A stretch of 35,970 nt of DNA from Nevskiales bacterium (GTDB lineage Bacteria; Pseudomonadota; Gammaproteobacteria; Nevskiales; DATLYR01): contig JBFKCG010000002.1 of the NCBI GenBank assembly GCA_041620675.1, forward strand, positions 1 to 35,970, written 5' to 3'. Below the pieces are notes generated by a model. It made no database searches. It was given only the letters and a program-made list of their open reading frames with translations, and was not told where the DNA came from. How positions within the stretch are numbered: the first letter of the stretch is position 1; every line of letters starts with the position of its first letter. A program made the position numbers and the translations under genes. This document shows positions 1 through 9,844 of this stretch, piece by piece.

Positions 1-227
1 CCGACCTGCGTGAATCCGGAAGTATTGAACAGGATGCCGACGTTGTGGTCTTCATTCATCGCGAGGATTACCAGAATCCAGAAAGTGAGAAGGCCGGCCA
101 GGCAGAACTGATCATCGCCAAGCAGCGTAATGGACCGACGGGCAAGGTGGATGTCGCGTTCCTGCATGGCAGCACTCGCTTCGAGAATCTCGCGGAGGAC
201 TACTACGGGCAGGAGGCCCACGGGTGA
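1..227 (+). CDS. dnaB: Replicative DNA helicase DnaB, C-terminal fragment (5' end lies outside the window; codon phase starts at nt 3)
   Basis: Translation from nt 3 reads [22 protein letters not shown]...[21 protein letters not shown], the conserved RecA-like C-terminal end of DnaB. The stop TGA at 225-227 overlaps the GTG start of alr. Confidence 0.9.
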   Translation, partial: DLRESGSIEQDADVVVFIHREDYQNPESEKAGQAELIIAKQRNGPTGKVDVAFLHGSTRFENLAEDYYGQEAHG

Positions 228-1306
228 GTCGTAGAACCTGGGCTGTCATTGACCTTGGCGCAGTGCGCCACAATCTGGAAAAAGTCCGCCAATACGCACC
301 CAATGCCAAGGTGATGGCTGCGATCAAGGCCAACGGGTATGGTCATGGCGCAGTCGAGGTTTCTCGTGCACTGGCAGGAGCAGACGCCCTGGCCGTCGCG
401 ACAATCGAAGAAGGCCTGCAGTTGCGCACTGCGGGCCTCACGAAGCCAATCGTGCTGCTAGGCGGCGTACTGGATGCCGATGCACTGCTGTTGGCCGTCG
501 AACAGGGCTTTCATCTCGTAGTCCACGACTTCTACCAGCTGGCATTGATTGAACAACAGCCAGTAGCCCACACACTGCCGGTCTGGTTAAAACTGGATAC
601 TGGAATGCACCGGTTGGGCTTCGCACCGGCAGCATTGCCGTTGTTGAAGCAAAGGCTCGCGAGCCTGCCGCAGTTGCGAATCCAGGGCTGGATGACACAC
701 TTTGCCTCAGCCGATGACAGCAGTTCGCCGGCAACCAGCAAGCAGATCGAGATTTTCCACTCACTGCTGGATGGCATGGCGGGCGCACGTTCGCTGGCCA
801 ACTCTGCCGGCATCATTGCCTGGCCTGCGTCTCATGCGGATTGGGTGCGTCCAGGCATCATGTTGTATGGCGCTTCGCCACTGATTGGGCAACCTGCAGC
901 AAAGCTGGGGCTCAAGCCAGCCATGACCCTACATAGCCGTGTGCTCAGTATCCGAGAGTTACCCGCAGGTGAGGCCGTGGGCTATGGAGGCACCTGGACC
1001 ACGCCCGAGCGCATGCGCGTTGCCGTGGTCGCCATTGGTTACGGAGATGGCTATCCACGGCATGTGCCAAGTGGAACCTCGGTGCTGATCCGGGGCCGCC
1101 GCGTGCCACTGGTAGGCCGTGTCTCCATGGACATGATCACGGTGGACTTGCGTGGCTGTGACGATGTCCGCGAGGGCGATGCAGTGACCTTGTGGGGCGA
1201 TGGCCTGCCTGCGGATGAAGTTGCCTTTGCTGCCGGCACTATTGCCTACGAGCTGTTTTGTGGCCTGGGTTCGCGCGTAGGGATTGAATACCGGGGCTTG
1301 GATTAA
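224..1306 (+). CDS. alr: Alanine racemase
   Basis: 360-aa ORF with the PLP-lysine motif [11 protein letters not shown], plus IGYGDGYPR and GRVSMDM motifs typical of alanine racemase. The GTG start overlaps the dnaB stop (GTGA), suggesting coupling. Confidence 0.93.
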   Translation: MSRRTWAVIDLGAVRHNLEKVRQYAPNAKVMAAIKANGYGHGAVEVSRALAGADALAVATIEEGLQLRTAGLTKPIVLLGGVLDADALLLAVEQGFHLVVHDFYQLALIEQQPVAHTLPVWLKLDTGMHRLGFAPAALPLLKQRLASLPQLRIQGWMTHFASADDSSSPATSKQIEIFHSLLDGMAGARSLANSAGIIAWPASHADWVRPGIMLYGASPLIGQPAAKLGLKPAMTLHSRVLSIRELPAGEAVGYGGTWTTPERMRVAVVAIGYGDGYPRHVPSGTSVLIRGRRVPLVGRVSMDMITVDLRGCDDVREGDAVTLWGDGLPADEVAFAAGTIAYELFCGLGSRVGIEYRGLD

Positions 1307-1929
1307 GTCTTCAGCTTGTCGCTGAAATACTCGCGCAACTTTTCGACCTTCGGAGCAGATACCATAGCGATGTATGGCTGGTCTGGGTTTCGCTCTGCAT
1401 AGTCCTGGTGATAAGCCTCAGCCTCATAAAAGGCATCAAGGGGCTCAAGTGTCGTCACGATGTCAGAGGTGAAGGTGCCTGCCTGGTTCAGTTGTTGGAT
1501 ATAGGCCTGCGCAACGGTTTTTTGCTGGTCATCGGCATAAAAGATGGCGGAGCGGTACTGCCGCCCCCGGTCATTACCCTGACGATTCAATTGTGTCGGG
1601 TCATGCGCAACCGAGAAAAACAGCTTGAGGATTTGACCAAAGCTGGTTCGGCTAGGATCAAAGCGGATCCGGATGACCTCGGCATGATTCGTTTTGCCGC
1701 TGCAGACATCAGAATAATTGGCCTGTTCGGCCGAACCGCCAGCATAGCCCGAGGTAACGTCAGAAACACCCTCGACGGCCCTGAATATGGCTTCCACGCA
1801 CCAGAAGCAACCGCCACCGAGTACAGCCTCCTGAGCTTCAGATGACGCCGAGGGCGGGATATCCAGAGCCGGGTCAGGAAACTGGTTGGGTGCGATTTTC
1901 AGGCTGGTTCCCTTGAGATCGCAGAGCAT
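1303..1929 (-). CDS. msrA: Peptide-methionine (S)-S-oxide reductase MsrA
   Basis: 208-aa ORF with the active-site motif GGGCFWCVEAIF (GCFWC type) and a C-terminal AYHQDY. About 40 aa precede the catalytic motif, so the exact start is uncertain. Its stop overlaps the alr stop. Confidence 0.9.
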   Translation of the reverse strand: MLCDLKGTSLKIAPNQFPDPALDIPPSASSEAQEAVLGGGCFWCVEAIFRAVEGVSDVTSGYAGGSAEQANYSDVCSGKTNHAEVIRIRFDPSRTSFGQILKLFFSVAHDPTQLNRQGNDRGRQYRSAIFYADDQQKTVAQAYIQQLNQAGTFTSDIVTTLEPLDAFYEAEAYHQDYAERNPDQPYIAMVSAPKVEKLREYFSDKLKT

Positions 1930-2013
1930 GGCAGGCTCCCTTTCATGGCGTTCATTGTAGGTAGTCAGAAGTATGTCGCGTCAATGTACTCTCGTCACAG
2001 GGCAATATGCGAA

Positions 2014-2397
2014 CTAAGCGAACCGCTGCCAGAGCAGCAAAGCCCAGGTCAGTCCCGCCAGGCACAGGCTGACGAAAACCGCCGCCGAACCCATGTCCTT
2101 CGCACGTCCCGAAAGCTCGTGCATCTCATGGCCGATTCGATCCACGACATTTTCAATTGCGGAGTTCAATAGTTCCACCACGAGCACAAGCAAGCAGACA
2201 GCAACCAGTAGCGCTATTTCCACGGCATTTGTACCAACCCAGAAGGCGGCGGGGACCATGACCACGCACAACCAGACCTCCTGACGAAAGGCGGCTTCGT
2301 GCTCCCAGATCGCTTGCAGGCCCTTGATGGTGTACATCTGGGCATCAATGATTCTTCCGATGCCGGTTTTGCCGGGTTTTGGCATTGCTGGCTCCAT
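2014..2397 (-). CDS. dgkA: Diacylglycerol kinase (prokaryotic DgkA family)
   Basis: 127-aa three-TM protein. It has the amphipathic N-terminus IIDAQMYTIKGLQAIWEHEAAFRQE and the ELLNSAIENVVDRIG motif characteristic of DgkA. Confidence 0.9.
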   Translation of the reverse strand: MEPAMPKPGKTGIGRIIDAQMYTIKGLQAIWEHEAAFRQEVWLCVVMVPAAFWVGTNAVEIALLVAVCLLVLVVELLNSAIENVVDRIGHEMHELSGRAKDMGSAAVFVSLCLAGLTWALLLWQRFA

Positions 2398-2428
2398 TCA
2401 AGGTTTGCGGCGAGTGTATCGCGTGCAA

Positions 2429-2614
2429 TCAGCTTCGTGTTCGTTGGCTTTCAGGTCTGCGTTGGGCTGATAGGTGTAGGATTTCCTGGCGTTGGCCTTC
2501 ATCCGCAGAGGGCCAGGCTATGATTTCATGGATGCTGCGGAAGCAACCCTTGCAGACTTGCCTTTCGTCAAGCTGGCACACGCCGGTACAGGGGGATTCG
2601 ATCTGGTTCGTCAT
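2429..2614 (-). CDS. DUF1289 (YdhL-like) small cysteine-rich protein
   Basis: 61-aa ORF containing SPCTGVCQLDERQVCKGCFRSIHEIIAW, the four-Cys signature I recognise from the DUF1289 family. Confidence 0.75.
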   Translation of the reverse strand: MTNQIESPCTGVCQLDERQVCKGCFRSIHEIIAWPSADEGQRQEILHLSAQRRPESQRTRS

Positions 2615-2631
2615 GCGGTTATTCTAGCGGG

Positions 2632-3993
2632 ATGGCAATCAATAAAACGAAGACGGTCTACACCTGCCAGCAATGTGGCGCCCAACAGCCCAAATGGGCC
2701 GGTCAGTGCCCCGATTGCGGCGCCTGGAACAGCCTGGTGGAGTCACTCAGCATCAGCCAAGGCAAGGGCGTGCGTTCCATCGGTTATGCCGGGGAATCGC
2801 GCGTGCGCCTGCTCAAGGACGTCTCGCTGCAGGAGGCGCCACGCACCGGCAGTGGGTTGGGCGAGTTGGACCGCGTCCTCGGCGGTGGCTGGGTGCCGGG
2901 GTCTGTCATCCTCATCGGTGGAGAGCCGGGCATTGGCAAGTCAACGCTGTTGTTACAGGTCATGTGTGGCCTCGCCGACGGGTGCAAAGGCCTCTATATC
3001 ACTGGGGAAGAGTCGCTGGAGCAGGTGCAACTACGGGCCAGGCGGCTGGGCCTGCCGGATGCCAGCCTGGGATTGCTGGCGGAAACTTGCGTCGAGCGCG
3101 TCCTGGACCTGGCACAGGGCGAGCGTCCACAGATCATGGTGGTGGATTCCGTCCAGACCATCTACACCGAGACACTGACCTCAGCCCCAGGTTCGGTTTC
3201 GCAGTTGCGTGAGAGCACGGCGATGCTGGTCCGTTTTGCCAAGCAGACGGGTACCACCTTGATTCTGGTGGGCCATGTCACCAAGGAGGGCGTGATCGCC
3301 GGACCGCGCGTCCTTGAGCACATGGTGGATACCGTCCTGTATTTCGAAAGTGACCGAGGTAGCCGTTATCGCGTTATCCGCGCTGCGAAGAATCGCTTTG
3401 GCGCTGTCAATGAGCTGGGTGTCTTTGCGATGACAGATACCGGCCTGAAGGAGGTCAGCAATCCTTCGGCGATCTTCCTGTCACGACACGAGCAGCCTGT
3501 GCCTGGCAGCGTGACCATGGTGACCCGTGAAGGTAGTCGCCCCTTGCTGGTGGAGGTGCAGGCACTGGTTGACCAGTGTCATTCCAGCGCTCCCCGGCGC
3601 GTCACCATTGGTCCAGACCAGAACCGGCTGGCGATGTTACTGGCAATTTTGCATCGGCACGGCGGCATAGCCATGTACGACCAGGATGTATTCGTCAACG
3701 TGGTCGGTGGAATGAGGGTGAACGAGACGGCGGCAGACTTGCCTGTGCTGTTGGCAGCCTTGTCCAGTTTCCGCAATCGTCCCATACCCAATGACTGGGT
3801 GGTGTTCGGTGAACTGGGGCTGGCTGGAGAGGTCAGGCCGGTTCAGGGAGGCGAGGATCGACTGCGCGAGGCCGCCAAGCAGGGGTTCCGCCGTGCGATC
3901 GTGCCCAAGGCCAATGCGCCAAAGCGCGGCCGAATCCTCGAGATGGAAATTGTGCCAGTGGACCGACTCGGTCAGGTGCTGGATAGCGTCTGA
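2632..3993 (+). CDS. radA: DNA repair protein RadA/Sms
   Basis: 453 aa with an N-terminal zinc finger (CQQCG...CPDCGAWN), Walker A GEPGIGKST, the RadA KNRFG motif and a Lon-protease-like C-terminal domain. Confidence 0.95.
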   Translation: MAINKTKTVYTCQQCGAQQPKWAGQCPDCGAWNSLVESLSISQGKGVRSIGYAGESRVRLLKDVSLQEAPRTGSGLGELDRVLGGGWVPGSVILIGGEPGIGKSTLLLQVMCGLADGCKGLYITGEESLEQVQLRARRLGLPDASLGLLAETCVERVLDLAQGERPQIMVVDSVQTIYTETLTSAPGSVSQLRESTAMLVRFAKQTGTTLILVGHVTKEGVIAGPRVLEHMVDTVLYFESDRGSRYRVIRAAKNRFGAVNELGVFAMTDTGLKEVSNPSAIFLSRHEQPVPGSVTMVTREGSRPLLVEVQALVDQCHSSAPRRVTIGPDQNRLAMLLAILHRHGGIAMYDQDVFVNVVGGMRVNETAADLPVLLAALSSFRNRPIPNDWVVFGELGLAGEVRPVQGGEDRLREAAKQGFRRAIVPKANAPKRGRILEMEIVPVDRLGQVLDSV

Positions 3994-3999
3994 GCGCTG

Positions 4000-5274
4000 T
4001 CAGCTGGATTTGCCAGATTCACCGACCTGGTTGATGCGGACGGTCCGGACCATGTTGTCATCCATCTGGGCAATTTCCAGGGTGTAGGGGCCGAGCTTGA
4101 CCGTTGTGCCTGGCTGCGGGATATCTTCGAGGTATTCCACGATCAGGCCGTTGAGGGTCTTGGGGCCGCTGGTGGGCAGTTTCCAACCCGTCGCGCGATT
4201 GAGCATGCGGATACCGACCGTGCCATCGACGGTGAAACTTCCGTCTGCATTACGGGTGACGTTGCGCAATCGCATCAGGGGGTCGCTGGTAAAGTCGCCG
4301 ACGATCTCCTCAAGGATGTCCTCCAGCGTGACCAATCCCAGCAAGTCACCGTATTCATCCACGACAAAGCCGATGCGCCGCTTCTGGTGCTGGAAATTGA
4401 CTAGCTGCTGGTTGAGCGGCGTGCCAGCGGGCACGTAATAAGGCTCGCGCGCGAGTTTCAGCAGGCTGTCACGCGTCAGCCGGTTCGCGGCATATTCGCT
4501 CAGGACCCTTCGCAGGTGCACGATGCCACGCAGTTCATCAATCCCGCCGTCGAACACGGGCAGGCGGGTGTGCTGGTTATTGACCAGACTCTCCAGCACC
4601 TTGTCCCAGTCGTGACTGACATCGATGCCGACAATCTCGGTACGAGGCACCATGATGTCCTCAACGGTGATTTTTTCCAGATCCAGGATTGACAGCAGCA
4701 TGCGTCGATGACGGCGCGGCAGTAATGCGCCGGCTTCGGCAACGACTGTGCGCAGTTCCTCGGTACTCAAGCTGTGTGCTGCAGCCTGTTCCGGCGACAC
4801 ACCAAACAGCCGCAAGACGCCATTGCCCGCCAGGTTGATGATGTACACCAACGGCAGGAACAGGCGTAGTAGTGGCCCATAGAGATAGGAAGCCGGGAAG
4901 GCGACACGTTCCGGGTGCAGAGCCCCCAGGGTCTTGGGCGTGACTTCGGCAAATATCAGCACCACCACCGTCAGGATGATGGTGGCGAAGACCACGCTGT
5001 CTTCTCCATACAGGCGCAGTGCAATCAGGGTGGTGATGGCCGCCGCTGCGTTATTGACCAGGTTATTGCCAAGCAGGATGACGCCAATCAGTCGATCAGG
5101 CCGATCAAGTAGCTTGGAAGCTAATCTGGCACCTCGATGCCCGGATTTCGCCAAATGGCGCATCCGGTATCGGTTGAGGGTCATTAATCCGGTTTCGGAT
5201 CCGGAAAAAAACGCAGAACAAACAATAAGAAAGGCCAGTATCCAGAATAAAAGGCCTATAGGTATGTCGCTCAA
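4000..5274 (-). CDS. HlyC/CorC family transporter (DUF21/CNNM membrane domain, CBS pair, CorC_HlyC domain)
   Basis: 424 aa. The N-terminal membrane domain has FFSGSETGLM, followed by a central CBS pair (VEDIMVPRTEIVGID...; LGLVTLEDILEEIVG) and a C-terminal CorC_HlyC-like domain. It sits next to a ypjD-like gene and ffh, as in E. coli (yfjD/corB position). Confidence 0.88.
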   Translation of the reverse strand: MSDIPIGLLFWILAFLIVCSAFFSGSETGLMTLNRYRMRHLAKSGHRGARLASKLLDRPDRLIGVILLGNNLVNNAAAAITTLIALRLYGEDSVVFATIILTVVVLIFAEVTPKTLGALHPERVAFPASYLYGPLLRLFLPLVYIINLAGNGVLRLFGVSPEQAAAHSLSTEELRTVVAEAGALLPRRHRRMLLSILDLEKITVEDIMVPRTEIVGIDVSHDWDKVLESLVNNQHTRLPVFDGGIDELRGIVHLRRVLSEYAANRLTRDSLLKLAREPYYVPAGTPLNQQLVNFQHQKRRIGFVVDEYGDLLGLVTLEDILEEIVGDFTSDPLMRLRNVTRNADGSFTVDGTVGIRMLNRATGWKLPTSGPKTLNGLIVEYLEDIPQPGTTVKLGPYTLEIAQMDDNMVRTVRINQVGESGKSS

Positions 5275-5370
5275 GCAGCGCAGAACTCCAAGTCAGGGAA
5301 GGGCTCATCAAACCTTGATGGGGCACAGGGTGTCAAGTTGAGGCCCTGGCACCCACAGGAACAGGGTGCC

Positions 5371-6195
5371 TCAGGCCCAGTGGGTGCCCAGCAGCTGTTC
5401 CAGCACAAATTTGCTTCCGAAATAGGCCAGCAACAGGGTGATATAACCAATCAGGGTGCCGCGTGTGGCACTTTTACCGCGCCAGCCAAAGCGCCAGTGT
5501 CCCCATAGCAGCACCGCATAAAAGACCCACGCCAGGATCGAAAAGAAGGTCTTGTGCACAAGGTGCTGGGCCAGCATGTCCTCGACAAACACCAGTCCGC
5601 TCAGCAAGGCCAGGCTCAGCAGGAAGAAGCCCACGGCAGTGAGCTCAAACAAGAGCTGCTCCATGGTTTGCAGGGGGGGCAATACCCGCAGCCAACCGCC
5701 AACGCGATGGTGATGCAGCCGGCGGTCTTGCAAGGCAAGGACCATCGCTTGTACGGCAGCGAGCGTCAGCACGCTATAAGCCAGCACAGACAGGATGATG
5801 TGGAGCTTGACGGTCCAGAGTGCCTCAATCAGGCTGCCGGCCCCGCTGGGAACGAGCAGTCCGAGCAGTGCGCCAAGCGCGGCGAGCGGAAATAGGGCGA
5901 CGCCAAGGGTTTCCACGGGGCGACGCAGGCTGAGCAGGCTCAGCAACAACGCCGAAAGCCATGTCAGTAGGGAAATTGCATGTCCCAGGGTCAGGCTCAA
6001 GCCCTGCTCCTGCCATAGGTTCAATTTCAGTATCCAGCCATGCACGAGTACGGCGGCAATGGCCAAGGCCAACGCCAAGGTATGTGCGCCATTGATGACT
6101 GGTTCGCGACCACGCAGGCGCCAAGCCAGCAGGCCCGCGGCTAGCAGATAAAGTGTGACGGTGGGGATGATCAGCAGGGTCACGTAATGGGCCAT
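5371..6195 (-). CDS. Cytochrome c assembly family (CcsA-like) inner membrane protein, YpjD-like
   Basis: 274-aa polytopic membrane protein. It is divergent from ffh and upstream of the CorC-family gene, matching the conserved ffh/ypjD/yfjD arrangement. The C-terminal W-rich segment (WVFYAVLLWGHWRFGWRG) is typical of the family. Confidence 0.8.
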   Translation of the reverse strand: MAHYVTLLIIPTVTLYLLAAGLLAWRLRGREPVINGAHTLALALAIAAVLVHGWILKLNLWQEQGLSLTLGHAISLLTWLSALLLSLLSLRRPVETLGVALFPLAALGALLGLLVPSGAGSLIEALWTVKLHIILSVLAYSVLTLAAVQAMVLALQDRRLHHHRVGGWLRVLPPLQTMEQLLFELTAVGFFLLSLALLSGLVFVEDMLAQHLVHKTFFSILAWVFYAVLLWGHWRFGWRGKSATRGTLIGYITLLLAYFGSKFVLEQLLGTHWA

Positions 6196-6295
6196 CGGGA
6201 TTCGGTTGGAACAAGCTTGATCATCGCATAGCCGATGCGGGTGGGTTAAGCCCCTGTGCTACCATTTTGCGAGTTCTACGCAAGAAGCCATCCCA

Positions 6296-7654
6296 ATGTT
6301 CCAGAACCTAGGCGACCGCCTGACCCGCACCTTGCAAACCCTGCGCGGGCAGGGGCGAATCACCGAAGACAACGTACGTGACACACTGCGCGAAGTCCGC
6401 ATGGCCTTGCTCGAGGCGGATGTCGCGTTGCCTGTGGTGAAGCAGTTCATCGAGGACATCCGTGCCCGCGCAGTCGGTGCCGAGGTCATGCAAAGCCTCA
6501 CCCCTGGCCAGGCACTGGTGAAGATCGTTCACGAAGAACTAGTCAAGGTCCTTGGTGCCAGCAATGCAGAACTGGACCTGCGCACCCAGCCCCCGGCCAT
6601 CTTGTTGATGGCGGGTTTGCAGGGTTCGGGCAAGACCACCAGCACCGGCAAGCTGGCGCTGCTGCTCAAAGACCGGCTCAAGAAGCGCGTCCTGGTAGCC
6701 AGCGGCGATACCTATCGGCCCGCGGCCATGCAGCAGCTGCAAACCTTGGCCACACAAGTCGGCGTGGATTACTTTCCCGCAAGCGCAGGGCAGACACCGC
6801 TGGAAATCGCCAGCGCAGCCAAGCAGCACGCCAAGCTACAGCAATACGATGTCCTGATTTTCGATACCGCCGGGCGCCTGGCGATTGATGCCGAGTTGAT
6901 GGCTGAAATCCGGGCGCTGCACGAGGCACTGGAGCCGATCGAGACATTATTCGTGGTGGACAGCATGACCGGCCAGGACGCCGCCAACACGGCCAAGGCC
7001 TTCGGCGAGGCGTTGCCATTGACAGGCGTCATCCTGACCAAGGTGGATGGTGATGCGCGTGGTGGTGCCGCCTTGTCGGTCCGCAGTATCACCGGCAAGC
7101 CAGTCAAGTTCATTGGCATCAGCGAAAAAGTGGACGGTCTTGAGCCCTTCCATCCCGAACGCAGTGCCTCCCGCATCCTCGGCATGGGCGATGTCCTGAC
7201 GCTGGTCGAAGAGACGGCCCGCAAACTGGATCGCAAGCAGGCCGAACAGATGGCCGGCAAGCTGGCCAAGGGCAAGGGTTTTGATTTGGAGGACCTGCGT
7301 GCCCAGCTACAGCAAATGCTGGATATGGGGGGTGTTTCCAAGATGCTGGAACAACTGCCGGGGGCCACCCAGATCCCCGCGGCCGCCAAGGCCCAGGTCA
7401 ATGACCGTGACCTGCGGCGCCAGATTGCGATCATTTGCTCAATGACCCCCAAGGAACGCCGGTTTCCGGACCTGCTCAAGGCCTCACGCAAGCGCCGGAT
7501 CGCCGCCGGGGCAGGGCTACAGGTGCAGGATGTGAACCGCCTGCTGCGCCAGCACGAGGATATGCAGCGGGTGATGAAACAGTTCTCCAAGGGGGGGATG
7601 GCCAAGATGATGCGGAGCCTCAAGGGCCGGATGCCCCCCGGCTTTCCCATGTAA
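6296..7654 (+). CDS. ffh: Signal recognition particle protein Ffh
   Basis: 452 aa with an N domain, GTPase motifs GLQGSGKTT, DTAGR and TKVDGDARGG, and a Met-rich M domain at the C-terminus. Confidence 0.97.
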   Translation: MFQNLGDRLTRTLQTLRGQGRITEDNVRDTLREVRMALLEADVALPVVKQFIEDIRARAVGAEVMQSLTPGQALVKIVHEELVKVLGASNAELDLRTQPPAILLMAGLQGSGKTTSTGKLALLLKDRLKKRVLVASGDTYRPAAMQQLQTLATQVGVDYFPASAGQTPLEIASAAKQHAKLQQYDVLIFDTAGRLAIDAELMAEIRALHEALEPIETLFVVDSMTGQDAANTAKAFGEALPLTGVILTKVDGDARGGAALSVRSITGKPVKFIGISEKVDGLEPFHPERSASRILGMGDVLTLVEETARKLDRKQAEQMAGKLAKGKGFDLEDLRAQLQQMLDMGGVSKMLEQLPGATQIPAAAKAQVNDRDLRRQIAIICSMTPKERRFPDLLKASRKRRIAAGAGLQVQDVNRLLRQHEDMQRVMKQFSKGGMAKMMRSLKGRMPPGFPM

Positions 7655-7749
7655 TTGTCGCCCCTACACTTTCCCGCCCAAACCACGTAAAATGCGCGGC
7701 TTGTTTTGGGGGTCTGTGCCCCTGATCGTACCGTCAGGATTACTCAAGA

Positions 7750-8094
7750 ATGGTCAAGATTCGCCTCACCCGCGGTGGCGCCAAGAAGCGCCCCTTCTAC
7801 CACGTTGTCGTTACCGACCAGCGCAACAAGCGCGATGGCCGTTATCTGGAGCGGCTTGGCTTCTTCAATCCCATTGCTCAGGGTAACGAAGTGGGCCTGC
7901 GCATTGATACCGCCCGTGTTGATCACTGGGTCAAGCAAGGCGCCCAGATGTCAGATCGCGTCGCCGAGCTGATGAAGCGCGCGGCCAAGATGCCAGCCGA
8001 GACGGCCGAGTCAGAAGACGACGCCAAGCCAAAGGCCAAGAAGTCGGCTGCCGGCAAGGCAAAGAAGGGCAAGGCCGCGGAGGCCTCGGCCTAA
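7750..8094 (+). CDS. rpsP: 30S ribosomal protein S16 with a Lys/Ala-rich C-terminal extension
   Basis: [21 protein letters not shown]... is the canonical S16 N-terminus. The ORF is 114 aa against about 82 aa for E. coli S16. It is the first gene of the rpsP-rimM-trmD-rplS operon. Confidence 0.95.
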   Translation: MVKIRLTRGGAKKRPFYHVVVTDQRNKRDGRYLERLGFFNPIAQGNEVGLRIDTARVDHWVKQGAQMSDRVAELMKRAAKMPAETAESEDDAKPKAKKSAAGKAKKGKAAEASA

Positions 8095-8109
8095 TCGGGA
8101 TTAGCCCGC

Positions 8110-8658
8110 GTGGGCATAGAGCCCGACCGCCGAATTGAGCTTGGGCGCATCGTCGGTGTGTTTGGAATCAAGGGCTGGGTCAAGATTCAGTCCTGGACCC
8201 GGCCGATCGACAATATTCTGGATTATCCGGAATGGCAGGTTGGTCATGCCGGTAAATGGCAGCTCATGCGGCTCGTCGAGGGGCGAGTGCACGGCCAGGG
8301 ATTAATCGCCCAGCTGGCGAATGCTGACGGAGTCCGGGTGACGGACCGCAGCCAGGCTGAGAGGTTGGTAGGTTATGAGATCGTCGTTGCGCGTGAGCAG
8401 TTGCCCGCAACGGCGCCAAATGAGTTTTATTGGGTCGACTTGGTTGGCCTTGAGGTTGTGAACCTTGAAGGCTGCCATTTGGGCAGGGTGAGCGAGCTGT
8501 TTGAAACGCCCGCCCACGACATGCTGGTGGTGAAGGGCGAGCGAGAATCCCTGATCCCCTGCGTGTTGGGACCGATTGTGAAGAATGTGGATCTGTCCGC
8601 CAGGCGCATTCAGGTGGACTGGGATCCGGAAGATGTCGAACGGTTGAGTTCGCCATGA
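8110..8658 (+). CDS. rimM: 16S rRNA processing protein RimM
   Basis: 182 aa with the N-terminal [16 protein letters not shown] motif and a PRC-barrel C-terminus, in the operon position between rpsP and trmD. It has a GTG start, and its stop overlaps the trmD start (ATGA). Confidence 0.9.
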   Translation: MGIEPDRRIELGRIVGVFGIKGWVKIQSWTRPIDNILDYPEWQVGHAGKWQLMRLVEGRVHGQGLIAQLANADGVRVTDRSQAERLVGYEIVVAREQLPATAPNEFYWVDLVGLEVVNLEGCHLGRVSELFETPAHDMLVVKGERESLIPCVLGPIVKNVDLSARRIQVDWDPEDVERLSSP

Positions 8659-9434
8659 TGCGGGTTGATGTCGTGACCTTGTTTCCGGAGTTCGTGAAAC
8701 AGGTGACGGAGTGGGGTGTGACAGGTCGCGCGGTTGAACGCGGCCTGCTTGAGTTGCAGTGCTGGAGTCCGCGTGATTATGCGCTGGACAAGCACCGCAC
8801 CGTGGATGACCGCCCCTATGGGGGTGGCCCCGGAATGGTCATGAAGGTGGAACCGCTGCTGGCCGCAATCACTGCGGCGCGCGCTGCCACCCGCCCAGGG
8901 GCTCGGGTCATCTACCTGAGTCCACAGGGTGAAAAGCTTACGCAGCCCTTGGCGCGCGAGCTGGCGACTCAGTCAGGATGCATCCTGCTCTGTGGTCGTT
9001 ACGAAGGTTTGGATGAGCGGCTGATCGAACAGGAAGTCGATCTGGAATTGTCGATAGGAGACTATGTCTTGTCCGGCGGTGAGCTGGCAGCCATGGTCCT
9101 GATTGATGCAGTGACGCGCCTGATCCCGGGAGTGCTGGGAGATGCCGAGTCAGCCGAACAGGATTCGTTTATGGCGGGTTTGCTGGATCACCCGCACTAT
9201 ACGCGCCCTGAGTTGCTGAAGCGGGGCGTGGACGAGGGTCAACCGGTGCCACCGGTTCTGTTGAGTGGAGACCATGCGGTTATCGCGCGCTGGCGACTCA
9301 AGCAGGCACTGGGACGGACCTGGTTGCGGAGGCCGGACCTGTTGGATGGGTTGCAGTTGAGTACACAGCAGCAGGGTTTGCTGCGTGAATGGATTGAAGA
9401 ACATCTGGCCGGGCGCCAGACCGACCAGGACTAA
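8655..9434 (+). CDS. trmD: tRNA (guanine37-N1)-methyltransferase TrmD
   Basis: 259 aa with [32 protein letters not shown] and GDYVLSGGE motifs of the TrmD SPOUT fold. Confidence 0.95.
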   Translation: MMRVDVVTLFPEFVKQVTEWGVTGRAVERGLLELQCWSPRDYALDKHRTVDDRPYGGGPGMVMKVEPLLAAITAARAATRPGARVIYLSPQGEKLTQPLARELATQSGCILLCGRYEGLDERLIEQEVDLELSIGDYVLSGGELAAMVLIDAVTRLIPGVLGDAESAEQDSFMAGLLDHPHYTRPELLKRGVDEGQPVPPVLLSGDHAVIARWRLKQALGRTWLRRPDLLDGLQLSTQQQGLLREWIEEHLAGRQTDQD

Positions 9435-9443
9435 GGTGAAAAC

Positions 9444-9791
9444 ATGAGCAAGATTATTGAGCAGTTGGACAAAGAGCAGATGCAAAAGTCGGTGCCGGAC
9501 TTCGGCCCGGGCGACACCATCGTCGTGCAGGTGCGCGTGACCGAGGGTGACCGCGAGCGCCTGCAGGCATTCGAGGGTGTGGTGATCGCCAAGAAGAGCC
9601 GCGGCATCAACTCATCCTTTACCGTTCGCAAGATGTCGCATGGCGAGGGCGTCGAGCGCGTGTTCCAGACTTACAGCCCGATCATCGGTGGCATCGAGGT
9701 CAAGCGTCGTGGTGACGTGCGCCGGGCCAAGTTGTACTACCTGCGCAAGCTTGCGGGCAAGGCGGCCCGTATTACCGAGAAGCTTTCCTAG
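9444..9791 (+). CDS. rplS: 50S ribosomal protein L19
   Basis: 115 aa with [30 protein letters not shown], the canonical L19 sequence. It is the last gene of the trmD operon. Confidence 0.95.
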   Translation: MSKIIEQLDKEQMQKSVPDFGPGDTIVVQVRVTEGDRERLQAFEGVVIAKKSRGINSSFTVRKMSHGEGVERVFQTYSPIIGGIEVKRRGDVRRAKLYYLRKLAGKAARITEKLS

Positions 9792-9808
9792 ACCCATTGA
9801 TTGGCAAC

Positions 9809-9840
9809 GGGCGGAGCTTTGTCTCCGCCCTTTGCGTTTT
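9809..9840 (+). terminator. Rho-independent terminator after rplS (possibly bidirectional with the convergent NlpC/P60 gene)
   Basis: A perfect 8-bp GC-rich stem GGGCGGAG (9809-9816) / CTCCGCCC (9823-9830) with a 6-nt loop, followed by TTTGCGTTTT (9831-9840). Confidence 0.8.
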
Positions 9841-9844
9841 GGGC

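Noticed and set aside
2492-3178. 228-aa plus-strand ORF overlapping radA in another frame
   Set aside because: RadA motifs occupy the alternative frame. This frame gives an Arg/Ser/Ala/Trp-rich sequence without motifs, and it also overlaps the DUF1289 gene.
5348-5370. Hairpin GGCACCC-N9-GGGTGCC immediately after the ypjD-like stop codon
   Set aside because: It has only a 7-bp stem with no U-tract on the minus strand. The downstream CorC-family gene is probably co-transcribed, as in E. coli. There is not enough support to call it a terminator.
6769-7686. 305-aa ORF on the minus strand
   Set aside because: It is antisense to ffh. The Arg/Ser/Ala/Pro-rich low-complexity translation is typical of a shadow frame.
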